NCBI GenBank assembly: GCA_963786935.1
Contig: CAWBAN010000003.1
Location: 96,001-160,000 of the forward strand
Source: an uncultured bacterium
GTDB taxonomy: Bacteria; Krumholzibacteriota; Krumholzibacteriia; Krumholzibacteriales; Krumholzibacteriaceae
DNA length: 64,000 nt
Direction of reading: 5' to 3'
Positions 19,201 to 27,553 of the stretch are shown here, piece by piece (positions within the stretch are counted from its first letter, which is position 1; the number at the start of each line of letters is the position of its first letter). Below the pieces are notes generated by a model. That model did not search any database and was not told the DNA's origin. It worked only from the letters and a program-made list of their open reading frames with translations. The position numbers and the translations under genes were made by a program.

Positions 19201-20644
19201 GTACGCCGGCTGGTACGTCGACGACGTCATGATCGCCGGTGTGCCGGCGGACGCGAATCCGCCGGTCTTCGTATCGACCACGGTGCCGGGCAGCACCTGG
19301 GATACCGTCGGACCGTACGTCGTGAAGACGAAGGTCAGGGACGCGCTCTCGGGTCTCGCCTCGGTGACGATGTACTACAGCGTCGACAACGGCGTGAGCT
19401 GGACGACGGTCGCGATGACGCCGACGGGTGTCGCCGACGAATTCGGCGGCAACATCCCCGGCCAGCCGTCGCGCACGCGGATCAAGGTTTATGTCGCGGC
19501 GAACGACAACGCCGGGAATACGGGCCTCGATCCGGCCGGCGCGCCGGGCGCGACCTACCAGTTCGGCGTCATGCCGTCGGGCGATTACCTCGTGATCCTG
19601 GGCGGCAGCGCGCCCTCGCCCGCCAGCAGCTTCACCGACGCCTTCACGGCGATCGGGAAGACGTGCGACACGTGGAACTGGGACACCCAGGGTGTGCCGA
19701 CGCTCGCGATGCTGAACGCCTACGTGGGCGTCATCGTGGACGAGAGCTCCTACTTCGACACGGCACAGCTGGCGCTGCTCACGAGCTACCTCGATCAGAA
19801 CGACGGCTCGAAGCAGCGGATCGTGTTCTGGGGACGGGATCTGTCCTACGGCTCGGGCGCACCGCGTACCTTCATGGAGAAGTATACGGGCATGGCCTAC
19901 GTGAAGGACGATCCCGGCTCGACGTACCGGTGGCTGTGGAGCACTCCGGGCGATCCGATCGGAAACGGCGAGAGATTCGCGATCACCGGGACCTATCCCG
20001 ATGAGCTGAAGCTCTCGACGCTCTATCCGGGCGCCCAGATCATCTTCAAGTACCACCTGTCGTCGACCACCGCGCTCGACAACGTCGGGAGCGAGGAAGA
20101 GCTCATTGCCTACTACTACAAGGAAGGCAAGGAATACGACGGGGTATGGCCGATGGTTCCCGCCGCGCCCGACTCGGCCGCGGCAGGACGCTACGTCGGC
20201 ACGTACCACGCGTCGGTCTACTTCGCGTTCCAGTTCAGCTACGTCACCGATGCCGCCCGCAGGGCCGCGGTGCTCGACCGTTCGCTGAACTGGCTGACGA
20301 CGGCGACGACGACGCTCGGAGAGACTGTATCGAAGGAAGATACGACTCCGGAGATTCCGGATCGGATCACCCTCGCGCAGAACTATCCGAACCCGTTCAA
20401 CCCCGTCACGACGATCACGGTCGGCGTGCCCGCGAACTTCAGCGGCACCGCCGAGCTCCGGATCTACAACGTGAAGGGAGAGCTCGTCAGAACGCTGCAT
20501 CAGGGCGCCATCAAGCCCGGCGTCCACACGTTCCGTTGGGAAGGCACCAACGACGGTGGGCGCAAGGTGACATCCGGTATCTACTTCTACAGATTCGTCT
20601 GTGGAACTGAACGGATAACCAAGAAGATGGTGCTCCTGCGGTAG
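13277..20644 (+). CDS. Giant secreted S8 (subtilisin-like) serine protease with repeated accessory modules and C-terminal FlgD-Ig domain
   Basis: Signal peptide and propeptide. Triad LDTG / HGTHT / GTSMAAPHV, oxyanion GNSG. Carboxypeptidase-regulatory-like domains. Ends LAQNYPNPFNPVT...SGIYFYRF...KKMVLLR. Confidence 0.92.
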   Translation: MTHRKALLSCAAALLALLILLPSVQSADPVEGVKAKIAPALGVQMAAAQPGDYVTAIVKLNTVANVKAIRGDRKAVFTELRAVSKRTQDGLVQYLGTAAVKPKVKLVRQFWIDNIVLVQATPDVIREIAARPDVREVFDNYTVTMPPRPGDGGHPVLQQAAPLWDALGKIGAKQVWSTYGINGTGVRVGGLDTGVDITHPDIAGKMITNNPSDPTYPGGWAEFNSTGGIVPGSLPRDTDQHGTHTTGTAIGGSASGYPIGVAPGAHFMHGLVIPGGSGTFAQVAGGMQWIIDPDGNPATNDGAQVVNMSLGGTGTYSEMVAPTDNMVAANVFPSFSIGNSGPNASTTGSPGNVPSAFGVGASDSLDVIAYFSSRGPVTWNYPPYVGTWIKPDISAPGVDIFSSIPGGGYAGDWDGTSMAAPHVTGTVALMLQANPTLTVEQTKLLLQQTAVDRGDPGMDNTYGWGRINAFAAVSAALTGIGTLEGHVYSSAGGLPVQGAKVRLTDTGQQVYTNAAGYYMLKAVAGIHSVQVSRFGFDAVTVTVNIAADVTTTQDFTLTQLPSGTIAGYVTDDETGVGIAASISVKYLGDPVLTISTNPADGYYSVTLPTGTYDLVFNPSFPYPMTTRNGIAVAEGATTTLDVALGRAQILIVDDDAGKEYQTYFETAVAGSGRSYLTVSAPPNAATMALFESVIWLTGNDYTTTLTATDMTEIAAFLDGGGRLFMTGQDIGYDIGTTTFYTNYLHASYVQDDVGLGGVLGVAASAVGNGFTFEIKGGSGANNQAYPSEINPVAPASPAFVYDPAVPAAAATANDVVKNGVSADAITGSGTAGLTFENGTYKLVYFAFGFEAVADATTRTMLMDRVLDWLQGYPKIVHTPLGDTENATNPYRIAAVVTSDYFALDPSTIALVYDAGLGDVTVPMTATGVPDEYEAFIPAQAIGTEIAYYLTASDVEGHVTTHPMGAPAARHIFHVMWDTEDPVVIHVRHHNTNDLDGPYHIYAGVTDNIGVESVYLMYAKNGGTAHRLRMELLPDGRFHGAIPGPTAVGDYFDYWIYAMDEAYAGNVTRVPATGAYRFEIVEYFLWDFEPDDGGFAQTGNIWEWGMPTTGPNAAHSGVNVWATKLATTYPASSNAKLDAPEITIAASKPYTILSFWHWYETESTYDGGNVKISADGGATWTLVTPIGGYDGTASTANAGIPGEKCFIGTANMFWQQEMFDLSAYVGQSIKVRFHFGSDGSVQKSGWYVDDVMIRSTDTDDYPPTISGTTVPGSTFDTAGPYAITTHVNDILSGVGVVSLFYTTDNGLTFTEVPMAHGAGDLYSGAIPGQPNGTKIKFYVKAVDSSAEANETVDPALAPAMLYSFGIMPSSDILVVVSGSTSGTSLAMFQEALTTAGYDADYWNRTTQGWLTTDKLLLYKYIFVDENSGLTAAQMTGLTDYLAAGTQGAKKRLVLMGRDLGYNSTTRPWLEQYLRANYVQDNPNYWQITGYPGDPIGAGESFVISGSYPDEWQRSTTWPGGEIVYQYTGTGTARNRSELQGEYEKEGKEWDGIVPNTPISLDAAAAIKYNATNYRSVAFAFNLYYILQADRRAAVMGRTIAWLSAPDILHTPLHDTEDTSNPYPIVASIYSETLDPTRLYMTYDKGSGPVAVLMTPTGTPNEYRAYIPAQPNGTTVQYYLSAANLDGTTSYHPSDAPANKHVFRVTTDITPPEIVHVPLGNSADVTGPYLVKATITDNIGVNPAAVFLSYNKNGGASSTVAMTAMGGDVYQASIPGPAVVGDVFNYYITARDVASVPNVGRSPAAGYHMFMIVDYYAWDFEASGGDFAAAGTDWEWGAPSYASGPPAAHSGTKLWGTKLAGTYSASSNSRLETPTVTVPTSAPYATLTFWQWYANETNYDGGNVKISTDGGATWTLLNGDVAYDGTSKSNTAGIPLESIYTGTTTGNFWNKVTVNLTAYRGQPVKIRFHFGADGSFQYAGWYVDDVMIAGVPADANPPVFVSTTVPGSTWDTVGPYVVKTKVRDALSGLASVTMYYSVDNGVSWTTVAMTPTGVADEFGGNIPGQPSRTRIKVYVAANDNAGNTGLDPAGAPGATYQFGVMPSGDYLVILGGSAPSPASSFTDAFTAIGKTCDTWNWDTQGVPTLAMLNAYVGVIVDESSYFDTAQLALLTSYLDQNDGSKQRIVFWGRDLSYGSGAPRTFMEKYTGMAYVKDDPGSTYRWLWSTPGDPIGNGERFAITGTYPDELKLSTLYPGAQIIFKYHLSSTTALDNVGSEEELIAYYYKEGKEYDGVWPMVPAAPDSAAAGRYVGTYHASVYFAFQFSYVTDAARRAAVLDRSLNWLTTATTTLGETVSKEDTTPEIPDRITLAQNYPNPFNPVTTITVGVPANFSGTAELRIYNVKGELVRTLHQGAIKPGVHTFRWEGTNDGGRKVTSGIYFYRFVCGTERITKKMVLLR

Positions 20645-20652
20645 CATGTCAG

Positions 20653-20685
20653 GGGGGCTTCCCGCGCGCCGCGCGGGAAGCCCCC
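20653..20685 (+). terminator. Stem-loop after the S8 gene (probable terminator or mRNA stabiliser)
   Basis: 15-bp perfect stem GGGGGCTTCCCGCGC / GCGCGGGAAGCCCCC; no U-tract. Confidence 0.6.
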
Positions 20686-20802
20686 AACCGGAGCGGCGGG
20701 AACGATTCCCCATCGCCGCCCTCCCGATCAGCGCCCGGGCGAGTCCCCCCCGATTCTCACGTCATCGATCGCGCAGCAGCGGGTGCACGCCCCGGAAAAG
20801 GC

Positions 20803-20849
20803 TTGACAGCGCGCCGCCCGGGATTCATTATTAGTAATAGTTACTATTA
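20803..20849 (+). promoter_or_regulatory. sigma70 promoter and Fur/PerR-type 7-1-7 box
   Basis: TTGACA at 20803-20808, CATTAT 17 nt later, and a perfect TAATAGT-T-ACTATTA at 20835-20849 just upstream of the Fur-family gene. Confidence 0.78.
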
Positions 20850-20870
20850 TTATTTAATGGAGCGCGGGGC

Positions 20871-21263
20871 ATGCGAAGGACGAAACAGAGGGAAGTGATC
20901 CTCGAGGAGCTCGCGAAGCTCTGCGCGCATCCGAGCGCCGACGAGCTGTACGGCCTCGTGAAGAAGCGGCTCCCCCGGATCAGCCTCGGCACCGTGTACC
21001 GGAATCTCGAGGTGCTCTCGCGCGAGGGTGTCATCGCGAGGATCGACACGGCGGGCTCGCAGATGCGCTTCGACGCGGAGACGGGGGATCATCAGCACAT
21101 CCGCTGCGTCGGCTGCGGGCGCATCGACGACGTGCCGGCCGGCGTCGCGCGGGCGAGGTGCGGCGGGCGCGTCGCGAAGGAGACGGGATACCGGGTGCTC
21201 GGCCGGCGTGTCGAGTATATCGGCGTCTGCCCCGCGTGCGGGAAGAAAACGAGGAGGAATTGA
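20871..21263 (+). CDS. Fur family regulator (PerR-like)
   Basis: RRTKQR, HPSADELY, ISLGTVYRNL, HQHIRCxxC, C-terminal CxxC. Confidence 0.9.
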   Translation: MRRTKQREVILEELAKLCAHPSADELYGLVKKRLPRISLGTVYRNLEVLSREGVIARIDTAGSQMRFDAETGDHQHIRCVGCGRIDDVPAGVARARCGGRVAKETGYRVLGRRVEYIGVCPACGKKTRRN

Positions 21264-21264
21264 C

Positions 21265-22140
21265 GTGCCTGCGCGAGTGAAATCGGCGGCGCTTGGGCGC
21301 GGCGAAACGCGGGAGCGGCCGGGGAGCCTCGACCGGCGGGAGCTCGAGCGCCTGTACCTGAAGTACAACGACCGCCGCTTCATCGCGACGGACCCCGTGG
21401 AGTTCGTGCATCGCTACGAGAGCCCGCGCGACCGGGAGATCGTCGCGCTCGTCGCCTCTTCGCTCGCTTTCGGGAACGTGAAACAGATCAGGGGAAGCGT
21501 CGCCCGCGCGCTCGATATCCTCGGCCCCGCGCCCGCCGACCGCGTGGCGGGATCGTCGCGGTCCGATCTCGAGCGCGAATTTCTCGGATTCAGGCACCGG
21601 TGGATCGCGGGGGCGGATGTGGCGGCGCTCCTCGGCGGCGCGCGGCGCGCGATCGCCGGATACGGTTCGCTCGGGGCCCTTTTCGGCTCGATGCTCGAGC
21701 GGGGGGACGCCGACGTCGCCCCGGCGGCGGGGCGGTTCGCGCGCGCCCTGCGCGGCGCGGGCGGCGGATACCGGCAGTGCCTGCTCCCGTCCCCGGAGTC
21801 GGGGAGCGCCTGCAAGCGATTGAACCTCTTCCTGCGCTGGATGGTCCGGTCGGACGCCGTCGATCCGGGGGGGTGGCGCGAGGTGCCGCCGGCGATGCTT
21901 CTCGTGCCGCTCGACACGCACATGCACCGCTTCGCCCTGCGGCGCGGGCTCACGAGGCGTCGCGCCGCCGATCTCGAGGCGGCGCGCGAGGTGACGGCCG
22001 CATTCAGGAAAGTCGCGCCCGACGATCCGGTGAAGTACGATTTCGCGTTGACCCGTCTCGGCATGCTGCGGGGCGAGGAAGGAGGAGACCGGTGCGGGAA
22101 TTCATCGTTGAGTTCGGCCGATCCGTCTGGTCGACGCTGA
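21265..22140 (+). CDS. TIGR02757/DUF2400 family protein (HhH-GPD-like)
   Basis: DPVEFVHRY, SACKRLNLFLRWMVR, PLDTHMHR, DDPVKYDFAL. Confidence 0.85.
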   Translation: MPARVKSAALGRGETRERPGSLDRRELERLYLKYNDRRFIATDPVEFVHRYESPRDREIVALVASSLAFGNVKQIRGSVARALDILGPAPADRVAGSSRSDLEREFLGFRHRWIAGADVAALLGGARRAIAGYGSLGALFGSMLERGDADVAPAAGRFARALRGAGGGYRQCLLPSPESGSACKRLNLFLRWMVRSDAVDPGGWREVPPAMLLVPLDTHMHRFALRRGLTRRRAADLEAAREVTAAFRKVAPDDPVKYDFALTRLGMLRGEEGGDRCGNSSLSSADPSGRR

Positions 22141-23369
22141 GCGAAATGTCGCCGTATCTCCTCTTCGGCTTCCTCGTCGCGGGGGTCCTCTCGGTGCTCG
22201 TGAAGCCCGAGACGGTCGAACGCCATCTGGGAGGGCGCGGCGTCTGGCAGGCGTTCAAGGCGGCGATTTTCGGCGTGCCGCTCCCGCTCTGCTCGTGCGG
22301 CGTCATCCCCGTCGCGGCGTCGCTCCGCAGGCACGGCGCGAGCCCGGCCGCGACGACCTCGTTCCTCATCTCGACGCCGCAGACCGGAGTCGACAGCATC
22401 CTCGTCACCTACAGTCTCCTCGGCCCCGTCTTCGCCGTCTTCAGGCCCGTCGTCGCCTTTCTGAGCGGGATCGCCGGCGGCATATTCGTGAACTTCTTCG
22501 GCTACGAAAAGGGCGGCGCGCCCGACGCTCATCCGGCCTGCACGGCGGAATGCTGCGGCGGCGCCGGGAGCCGTCGGGGCGGTCTCGCGCAGGCGCTCAG
22601 GTACGGATTCGTCACGCTCCCGCGCGACATCAACAAGGCGCTCATCGTCGGCATTCTCGTCGCCGGCGCCATATCGGCGGCGGTTCCGGAAGACTTCTTC
22701 GCGGGGGTGCTCGGCGGCGGCATCGTCTCGATGCTCGTCATGATGGCGATCGGCATCCCGATTTACGTGTGCGCGACGGCGTCCGTGCCGATCGCGGCGG
22801 CGCTCATGATGAAGGGCGTCTCCCCGGGGGCCGCGCTCGTGTTCCTCATGACCGGCCCCGCCACTAACGCCGCGACGATCACGACCGTCTGGAAGATTAT
22901 GGGCAAGCGGATCGCGGGCATCTACCTCGGCACGGTCGCGGTCTCGGCGCTCGCGGCGGGCCTCGTCCTCGACGCCGTCACCGGGGGGAGCGCGGCCCAT
23001 TCGATGGCGCACTCCCACTGGATGCTGCCCGGCATCGCGAACACGATCGCGGCGTTCGCGCTGCTCGCGGTCCTCGGGTACGCGTTCTTCAGGCCGGCGA
23101 AGGTCGGCGGCGTCGACGAAACGGCGGGCGCCGGCCGGACGGTCCGCGTCGCGATCGAGGGGATGACGTGCAACCACTGCGCGAACGCGGTCCGGCGCGC
23201 GCTCCTCGAGAGCGCCGGCGTTTCGTCGGTCGAGGTCGATCTCAAGCGGGGCGAGGCGCTCGTCGCCGGGAACGGCCTCGACGAGGCGCAGATCGCGAAG
23301 GCCGTCGAATCGCTCGGCTACCAGGTCACGGGGATCGTCGACGCGGGGCGGTCCGGAACGGTCGAATAG
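22092..23369 (+). CDS. SO_0444/DUF318-type metal permease with C-terminal HMA domain
   Basis: PLPLCSCGVIP, STPQTGVDS, YVCATASVP, GPATN; C-terminal GMTCNHC. Confidence 0.87.
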   Translation: MREFIVEFGRSVWSTLSEMSPYLLFGFLVAGVLSVLVKPETVERHLGGRGVWQAFKAAIFGVPLPLCSCGVIPVAASLRRHGASPAATTSFLISTPQTGVDSILVTYSLLGPVFAVFRPVVAFLSGIAGGIFVNFFGYEKGGAPDAHPACTAECCGGAGSRRGGLAQALRYGFVTLPRDINKALIVGILVAGAISAAVPEDFFAGVLGGGIVSMLVMMAIGIPIYVCATASVPIAAALMMKGVSPGAALVFLMTGPATNAATITTVWKIMGKRIAGIYLGTVAVSALAAGLVLDAVTGGSAAHSMAHSHWMLPGIANTIAAFALLAVLGYAFFRPAKVGGVDETAGAGRTVRVAIEGMTCNHCANAVRRALLESAGVSSVEVDLKRGEALVAGNGLDEAQIAKAVESLGYQVTGIVDAGRSGTVE

Positions 23370-23427
23370 AATGGAGAGGAATCGGCTCTGCCGAGGAGGA
23401 AGCACGTAGGCACGGAAGGAGCGAACG

Positions 23428-24000
23428 ATGTCGCTGAAGGGAACGAAGACCGAGAAGAACATCCTCACGGCGTTCTGCGGGGAGTCGCAGGCGCGCAACC
23501 GGTACACCTACTTCGCGAGCCAGGCGAAGAAGGAGGGATTCGAGCAGATCACGGCCATCTTCGAGGAGACGGCGAATCAGGAGCGGGAGCACGCCAAGCG
23601 CCTCTTCAAGCTCCTCGAGGGGGGAGAGGTCGAGATCCAGGCGAAGTTCCCCGCCGGCGTCATCGGCGCGACGGCGGAGAATCTCGGCGAGGCGGCGGGG
23701 GGAGAGCATTACGAATGGACCGAGATGTATCCCGGGTTCGCGAAGATCGCCCGGGCGGAAGGCTTCGGCGACATCGCGGCGATTTTCGAGTCGATCGCGG
23801 TCGCCGAGAGGCAGCACGAGAAGCGCTACCTCGCCCTCAAGGAGAACATCGAGAAGGGGAAGGTCTTCAAACGGGAAAAGAAGGTCGTGTGGCGCTGCCG
23901 CAACTGCGGCTATCTCCACGAAGGGACGGAAGCCCCCGAGATGTGCCCGGCGTGCGCGCACCCGAAGGCGCACTTCGAGCTGCTCGGGGAGAACTATTGA
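23428..24000 (+). CDS. rbr: Rubrerythrin
   Basis: GESQARNRY, EREHAK, EHYE, ERQHE; C-terminal CRNCG...CPACAHP. Confidence 0.95.
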   Translation: MSLKGTKTEKNILTAFCGESQARNRYTYFASQAKKEGFEQITAIFEETANQEREHAKRLFKLLEGGEVEIQAKFPAGVIGATAENLGEAAGGEHYEWTEMYPGFAKIARAEGFGDIAAIFESIAVAERQHEKRYLALKENIEKGKVFKREKKVVWRCRNCGYLHEGTEAPEMCPACAHPKAHFELLGENY

Positions 24001-24078
24001 TCGGGGCGTTTCCGCGGAGTATAATGGCCCGCGAAAGCGGTCCGCGTTTCGGGGAATCAGGAAAGGGGGCAGATTGCA

Positions 24079-24456
24079 ATGGCGAAGAGGCTTGAAATCT
24101 ACAAGTGCGAGAAGTGCGGCAACATCGTCGAGGTGCTCCACGAGGGGGGCGGCGAGCTCGTGTGCTGCGGGGGGCCGATGAAGCTCCTCACGGAGAACAC
24201 GACGGACGCGGCGAAGGAGAAACACGTTCCCGTCATCGAGAAGGTCGCCGGCGGCTACCGGGTGAAGGTGGGATCGGTGGCGCACCCGATGGAAGAGAAG
24301 CATTACATCGAATGGATCCAGCTCGTCGCCGACGGCGAGTCGTACCGGAAGTTCCTCAAGCCGGGCGAGGCGCCCGAGGCGGTCTTCAATATCGCGGCGA
24401 AGAGCGTTTGGGCCCGCGAGTACTGCAACCTGCACAGCCTTTGGAAAGGAATGTGA
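24079..24456 (+). CDS. dfx: Desulfoferrodoxin (2Fe superoxide reductase)
   Basis: YKCEKCGN...[30 protein letters not shown]. Confidence 0.95.
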   Translation: MAKRLEIYKCEKCGNIVEVLHEGGGELVCCGGPMKLLTENTTDAAKEKHVPVIEKVAGGYRVKVGSVAHPMEEKHYIEWIQLVADGESYRKFLKPGEAPEAVFNIAAKSVWAREYCNLHSLWKGM

Positions 24457-24462
24457 TCGCGA

Positions 24463-24960
24463 ATGATCGGCACAAAGATCCACGCCGCGTTCAACGAACA
24501 GATCAACCACGAGATATACTCCGGGTATCTCTACCTCTCGATGTCCGCGTACTTCATTTCGCTGGGGCTCGACGGATTCGCGCACTGGATGCGCGTCCAG
24601 CGGATGGAGGAAGAGGCGCACGCGATGAAGTTCTTCGAGCACCTGCGCGATCGCGACGCCCGGATCGAGCTCGGCGCGATCGACAAGCCGAAGCTGAAAT
24701 GGACCTCGCCGCTCGACGCGTTCAAGGCGGCTTACGAGCACGAGAAGTTCATCACGAGCAAGATCAACGGGCTCTACAAGCTCGCCGAGAAGGAATCGGA
24801 CTATCCGGCGAAGGTGCTCCTCGACTGGTTCGTGAAGGAGCAGGTGGAGGAGGAGGCGTCGACCTCGAAGATCGTCCAGCTCCTCGGACGGATCAAGGAT
24901 TCGGGTTCGGGTCTCGTCATGCTCGACAAGCAGCTCGGGAAGCGCGAATTTCACGGCTAG
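24463..24960 (+). CDS. ftnA: Non-heme ferritin
   Basis: QINHEIYSGYLYLSMS, EEEAHAMKF, HEKFIT, WFVKEQVEEE. Confidence 0.92.
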   Translation: MIGTKIHAAFNEQINHEIYSGYLYLSMSAYFISLGLDGFAHWMRVQRMEEEAHAMKFFEHLRDRDARIELGAIDKPKLKWTSPLDAFKAAYEHEKFITSKINGLYKLAEKESDYPAKVLLDWFVKEQVEEEASTSKIVQLLGRIKDSGSGLVMLDKQLGKREFHG

Positions 24961-24990
24961 GACGCGCCCGCGTCGCGCGGCGGAGGGACG

Positions 24991-26676
24991 ATGGCGCCGC
25001 TCGGATCGACCAACATCGTGATCGGCGGAGAGGCCGGCCAGGGGCTCGTGACGGTCGGGGGGCTCCTCGCGAGGGTTCTCGCCGCGGAGGGCTACCGGTT
25101 CGTCGTCACGCAGGGCTATCAGTCGAGGATCCGCGGGGGGCACAACACCTACGAGGTGCGGGTGAGCCCCGACGCCGTCGAGGCGCCCGCCGAGGAGATC
25201 GACGTCCTCGTCGCCCTCGATGACGCGACCGTGGCGCTGCGCGCCGCCGATCTCGCCCCGGGCGCGCTCGTCATCGCCGACGCGTCCCACTGCGGCGTCG
25301 AGCCGCGCTGCGTCGGCGTGCCGTTCAAGGATCTCTCTCCCCCTCCGTTCAGGAACATCGCCGCGCTCGGGGTGGTCTGCGGGATGCTCGGGCTCGACGA
25401 GCAGGCGGCCGCCCGGATCGTCGACGAGACCTTCGGCGCGAAGCATCCGGAGAAGGCCGCGGGAAACCGTGACGCGCTCGCGAAGGGGATCGCCTGGTGC
25501 GCCGGGAGGGAATCGGCGTTCCGCCGCCTGCCGGCGGCGCCGCGGGGTCCGCGGCGGATCGTGCTCGCGGGGAACGAGGCGCTCGCCCTCGGCGCGGTTT
25601 CGGCCGGGCTCCGGTTCGTTTCGTTCTATCCGATGACGCCGGCGACGGGGATACCGCTCACGGTCATCGGGATGGCGGAGCGGATGGGGATCGTGGTCGA
25701 GCAGGCCGAGGACGAGATCGCCGCTATCAACATGGCCATCGGCGCCTCGTTCGCCGGAGCGCCGAGCATGACCGCGACCGCGGGCGGCGGCTTCGCGCTC
25801 ATGGTCGAGGGCGTGAGCCTCGCCGGGATGACGGAGACGCCGGTCGTGATCGTCGTGGGGCAGCGTCCGGCGCCCGCGACGGGGCTCCCGACGCGCACCG
25901 AGCAGGCGGATCTCGAGTTCGTGCTCCACGCGGGGCACGGGGAATTCCCGCGGGCGATCCTCGCGCCCGGCGGCGTCGAGGAGTGCTTCCACCTCGCGCG
26001 GAAGGCGTTTTTCCTCGCCGAGGCCCATCAGGGCCCCGTGTTCATCCTCACCGATCAGTTTCTCGCCGACAGCTACCGCGCCGTGGAGCCGTTCGATCTC
26101 GCCGGCCTCGACGCGGTGCGGCCGGGAGCCGATCCCGCCTCCATCGCCGCGCCCTACCGGCGCCACGCATTCACCGCGGGCGGCGTGAGCCCGCGGCTGC
26201 TGCCCGGCGCGAGCGACACCCTCGTCGTGACCGACAGCGACGAGCACACCGAGGACGGCCATCTCACCGAGGACCTCGGCGTGCGCGCGAAGATGGTCGA
26301 AAAGCGGCTCGCGAAGCTCGACGGCCTCAGCCGGGACGCGCTGGCGCCCGCGTACGAGGGAAGCGAGAGCCCGGAGCTGCTCCTCGTCTCGTGGGGCTCG
26401 ACGCGCGGATCGGCCCGGGAGGCGGCCGCGGCGATCAGGGCGAACGGCGTCGACGCCGCCACGCTCCATTTCAGCCAGGTGTGGCCGCTCGTGCCGGAGC
26501 GGTTCCTCGGCCGGCTCGAGCGGGCCGGGAGCGTCGTCTGCGTCGAGGGGAACGCGACGGGCCAGCTCGCGCGGCTCATCCGCCGCGAAACGGGATTCGA
26601 GATCGAGGAGCGGGTGTCGCGGTACGACGGTCTTCCCATCACGCCCGGATATATCGTGCGGGCGTTGAGCGTTTGA
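24991..26676 (+). CDS. 2-oxoacid:acceptor oxidoreductase alpha subunit (gamma-alpha fusion)
   Basis: GGEAGQG, SRIRGGHN, YPMTPAT, QAEDEIAA, RPAPATGLPTRTEQADL. Confidence 0.92.
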   Translation: MAPLGSTNIVIGGEAGQGLVTVGGLLARVLAAEGYRFVVTQGYQSRIRGGHNTYEVRVSPDAVEAPAEEIDVLVALDDATVALRAADLAPGALVIADASHCGVEPRCVGVPFKDLSPPPFRNIAALGVVCGMLGLDEQAAARIVDETFGAKHPEKAAGNRDALAKGIAWCAGRESAFRRLPAAPRGPRRIVLAGNEALALGAVSAGLRFVSFYPMTPATGIPLTVIGMAERMGIVVEQAEDEIAAINMAIGASFAGAPSMTATAGGGFALMVEGVSLAGMTETPVVIVVGQRPAPATGLPTRTEQADLEFVLHAGHGEFPRAILAPGGVEECFHLARKAFFLAEAHQGPVFILTDQFLADSYRAVEPFDLAGLDAVRPGADPASIAAPYRRHAFTAGGVSPRLLPGASDTLVVTDSDEHTEDGHLTEDLGVRAKMVEKRLAKLDGLSRDALAPAYEGSESPELLLVSWGSTRGSAREAAAAIRANGVDAATLHFSQVWPLVPERFLGRLERAGSVVCVEGNATGQLARLIRRETGFEIEERVSRYDGLPITPGYIVRALSV

Positions 26677-26686
26677 GGGGGCGCGC

Positions 26687-27553
26687 ATGGTTTCGATCGA
26701 GGATTACGGAACGTACGAAACGGCCTGGTGCCCCGGCTGCGGCAACTTCGCGCTCCTCGAAGGGGTCAAGAAGGGCCTCGTCGCGGCGGGGCTCGCCCCG
26801 CGGGACGTGCTCTTCGTGAGCGGCATCGGGCAGGCGGCGAAGGCGCCGCACTACCTCAACGCGAACGTCTTCGACGGGCTCCACGGCCGCTCCCTGCCCG
26901 TCGCCACGGGCGCCAAGCTCGCCAACCCGAATCTCGCCGTGCTCGTCGAGAGCGGCGACGGCTGCTGCTACGGGGAGGGGGGGAACCACTTCCTCGCCGC
27001 GATCAGGCGCAACGTCGACGTCACGATGATCGTGCACGACAACCAGATCTACGGCCTCACGAAAGGGCAGGCGAGCCCCACGTCGGAGGAAGGCACGAAG
27101 ACGAAGGCGCAGCCCGGCGGCGTCCTCCTCGAGCGCTTCAACCCGCTCGCCGTCGCCGTCGCGATGCGCGCCGGATTCGTGGCGCGGAGCTTCACGGGAG
27201 CGGTCGACCACCTCGCCGACATGATCAGGCAGGGGATCGCGCACCGCGGGTTCTCCGTGATCGACGTTCTGCAGCCATGCGTCTCGTTCAACAAGGTGAA
27301 CACCTTCGCCTGGTACAAGAAGCGCTGCCGCGAGCTCGACGCCGGATACGATCCCGCCGATTGGGCGGCCGCCGCGAAGACCGCCGTCGAGTGGGGGGAC
27401 ACGATCCCGATCGGCGTGATCTACCGGAACGACCGTGCGCCGTTCGAGAGCCTCGAGCCCGCGCTCGCCGCGGGGCCGCTCGCGGGCCGCTCCGTCGATT
27501 TCGCCGCGCTCGGCGCCGAAATGATGCGCATCGGAGGCGCCGCCGATGATTGA
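26687..27553 (+). CDS. 2-oxoacid:ferredoxin oxidoreductase beta subunit (TPP-binding)
   Basis: WCPGCGN, LHGR, GDG, DNQIYGLTKGQASPT, QPCVSFN. Confidence 0.92.
   Translation: MVSIEDYGTYETAWCPGCGNFALLEGVKKGLVAAGLAPRDVLFVSGIGQAAKAPHYLNANVFDGLHGRSLPVATGAKLANPNLAVLVESGDGCCYGEGGNHFLAAIRRNVDVTMIVHDNQIYGLTKGQASPTSEEGTKTKAQPGGVLLERFNPLAVAVAMRAGFVARSFTGAVDHLADMIRQGIAHRGFSVIDVLQPCVSFNKVNTFAWYKKRCRELDAGYDPADWAAAAKTAVEWGDTIPIGVIYRNDRAPFESLEPALAAGPLAGRSVDFAALGAEMMRIGGAADD

Noticed and set aside
13526..20713. 2395-aa antisense ORF, and similar long shadows at 23326-26688, 32241-34814, 41937-44627 and 45210-48875
   Set aside because: They overlap well-supported genes, are Arg/Ala/Gly-rich and lack motifs. 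This is expected from high-GC codon bias.
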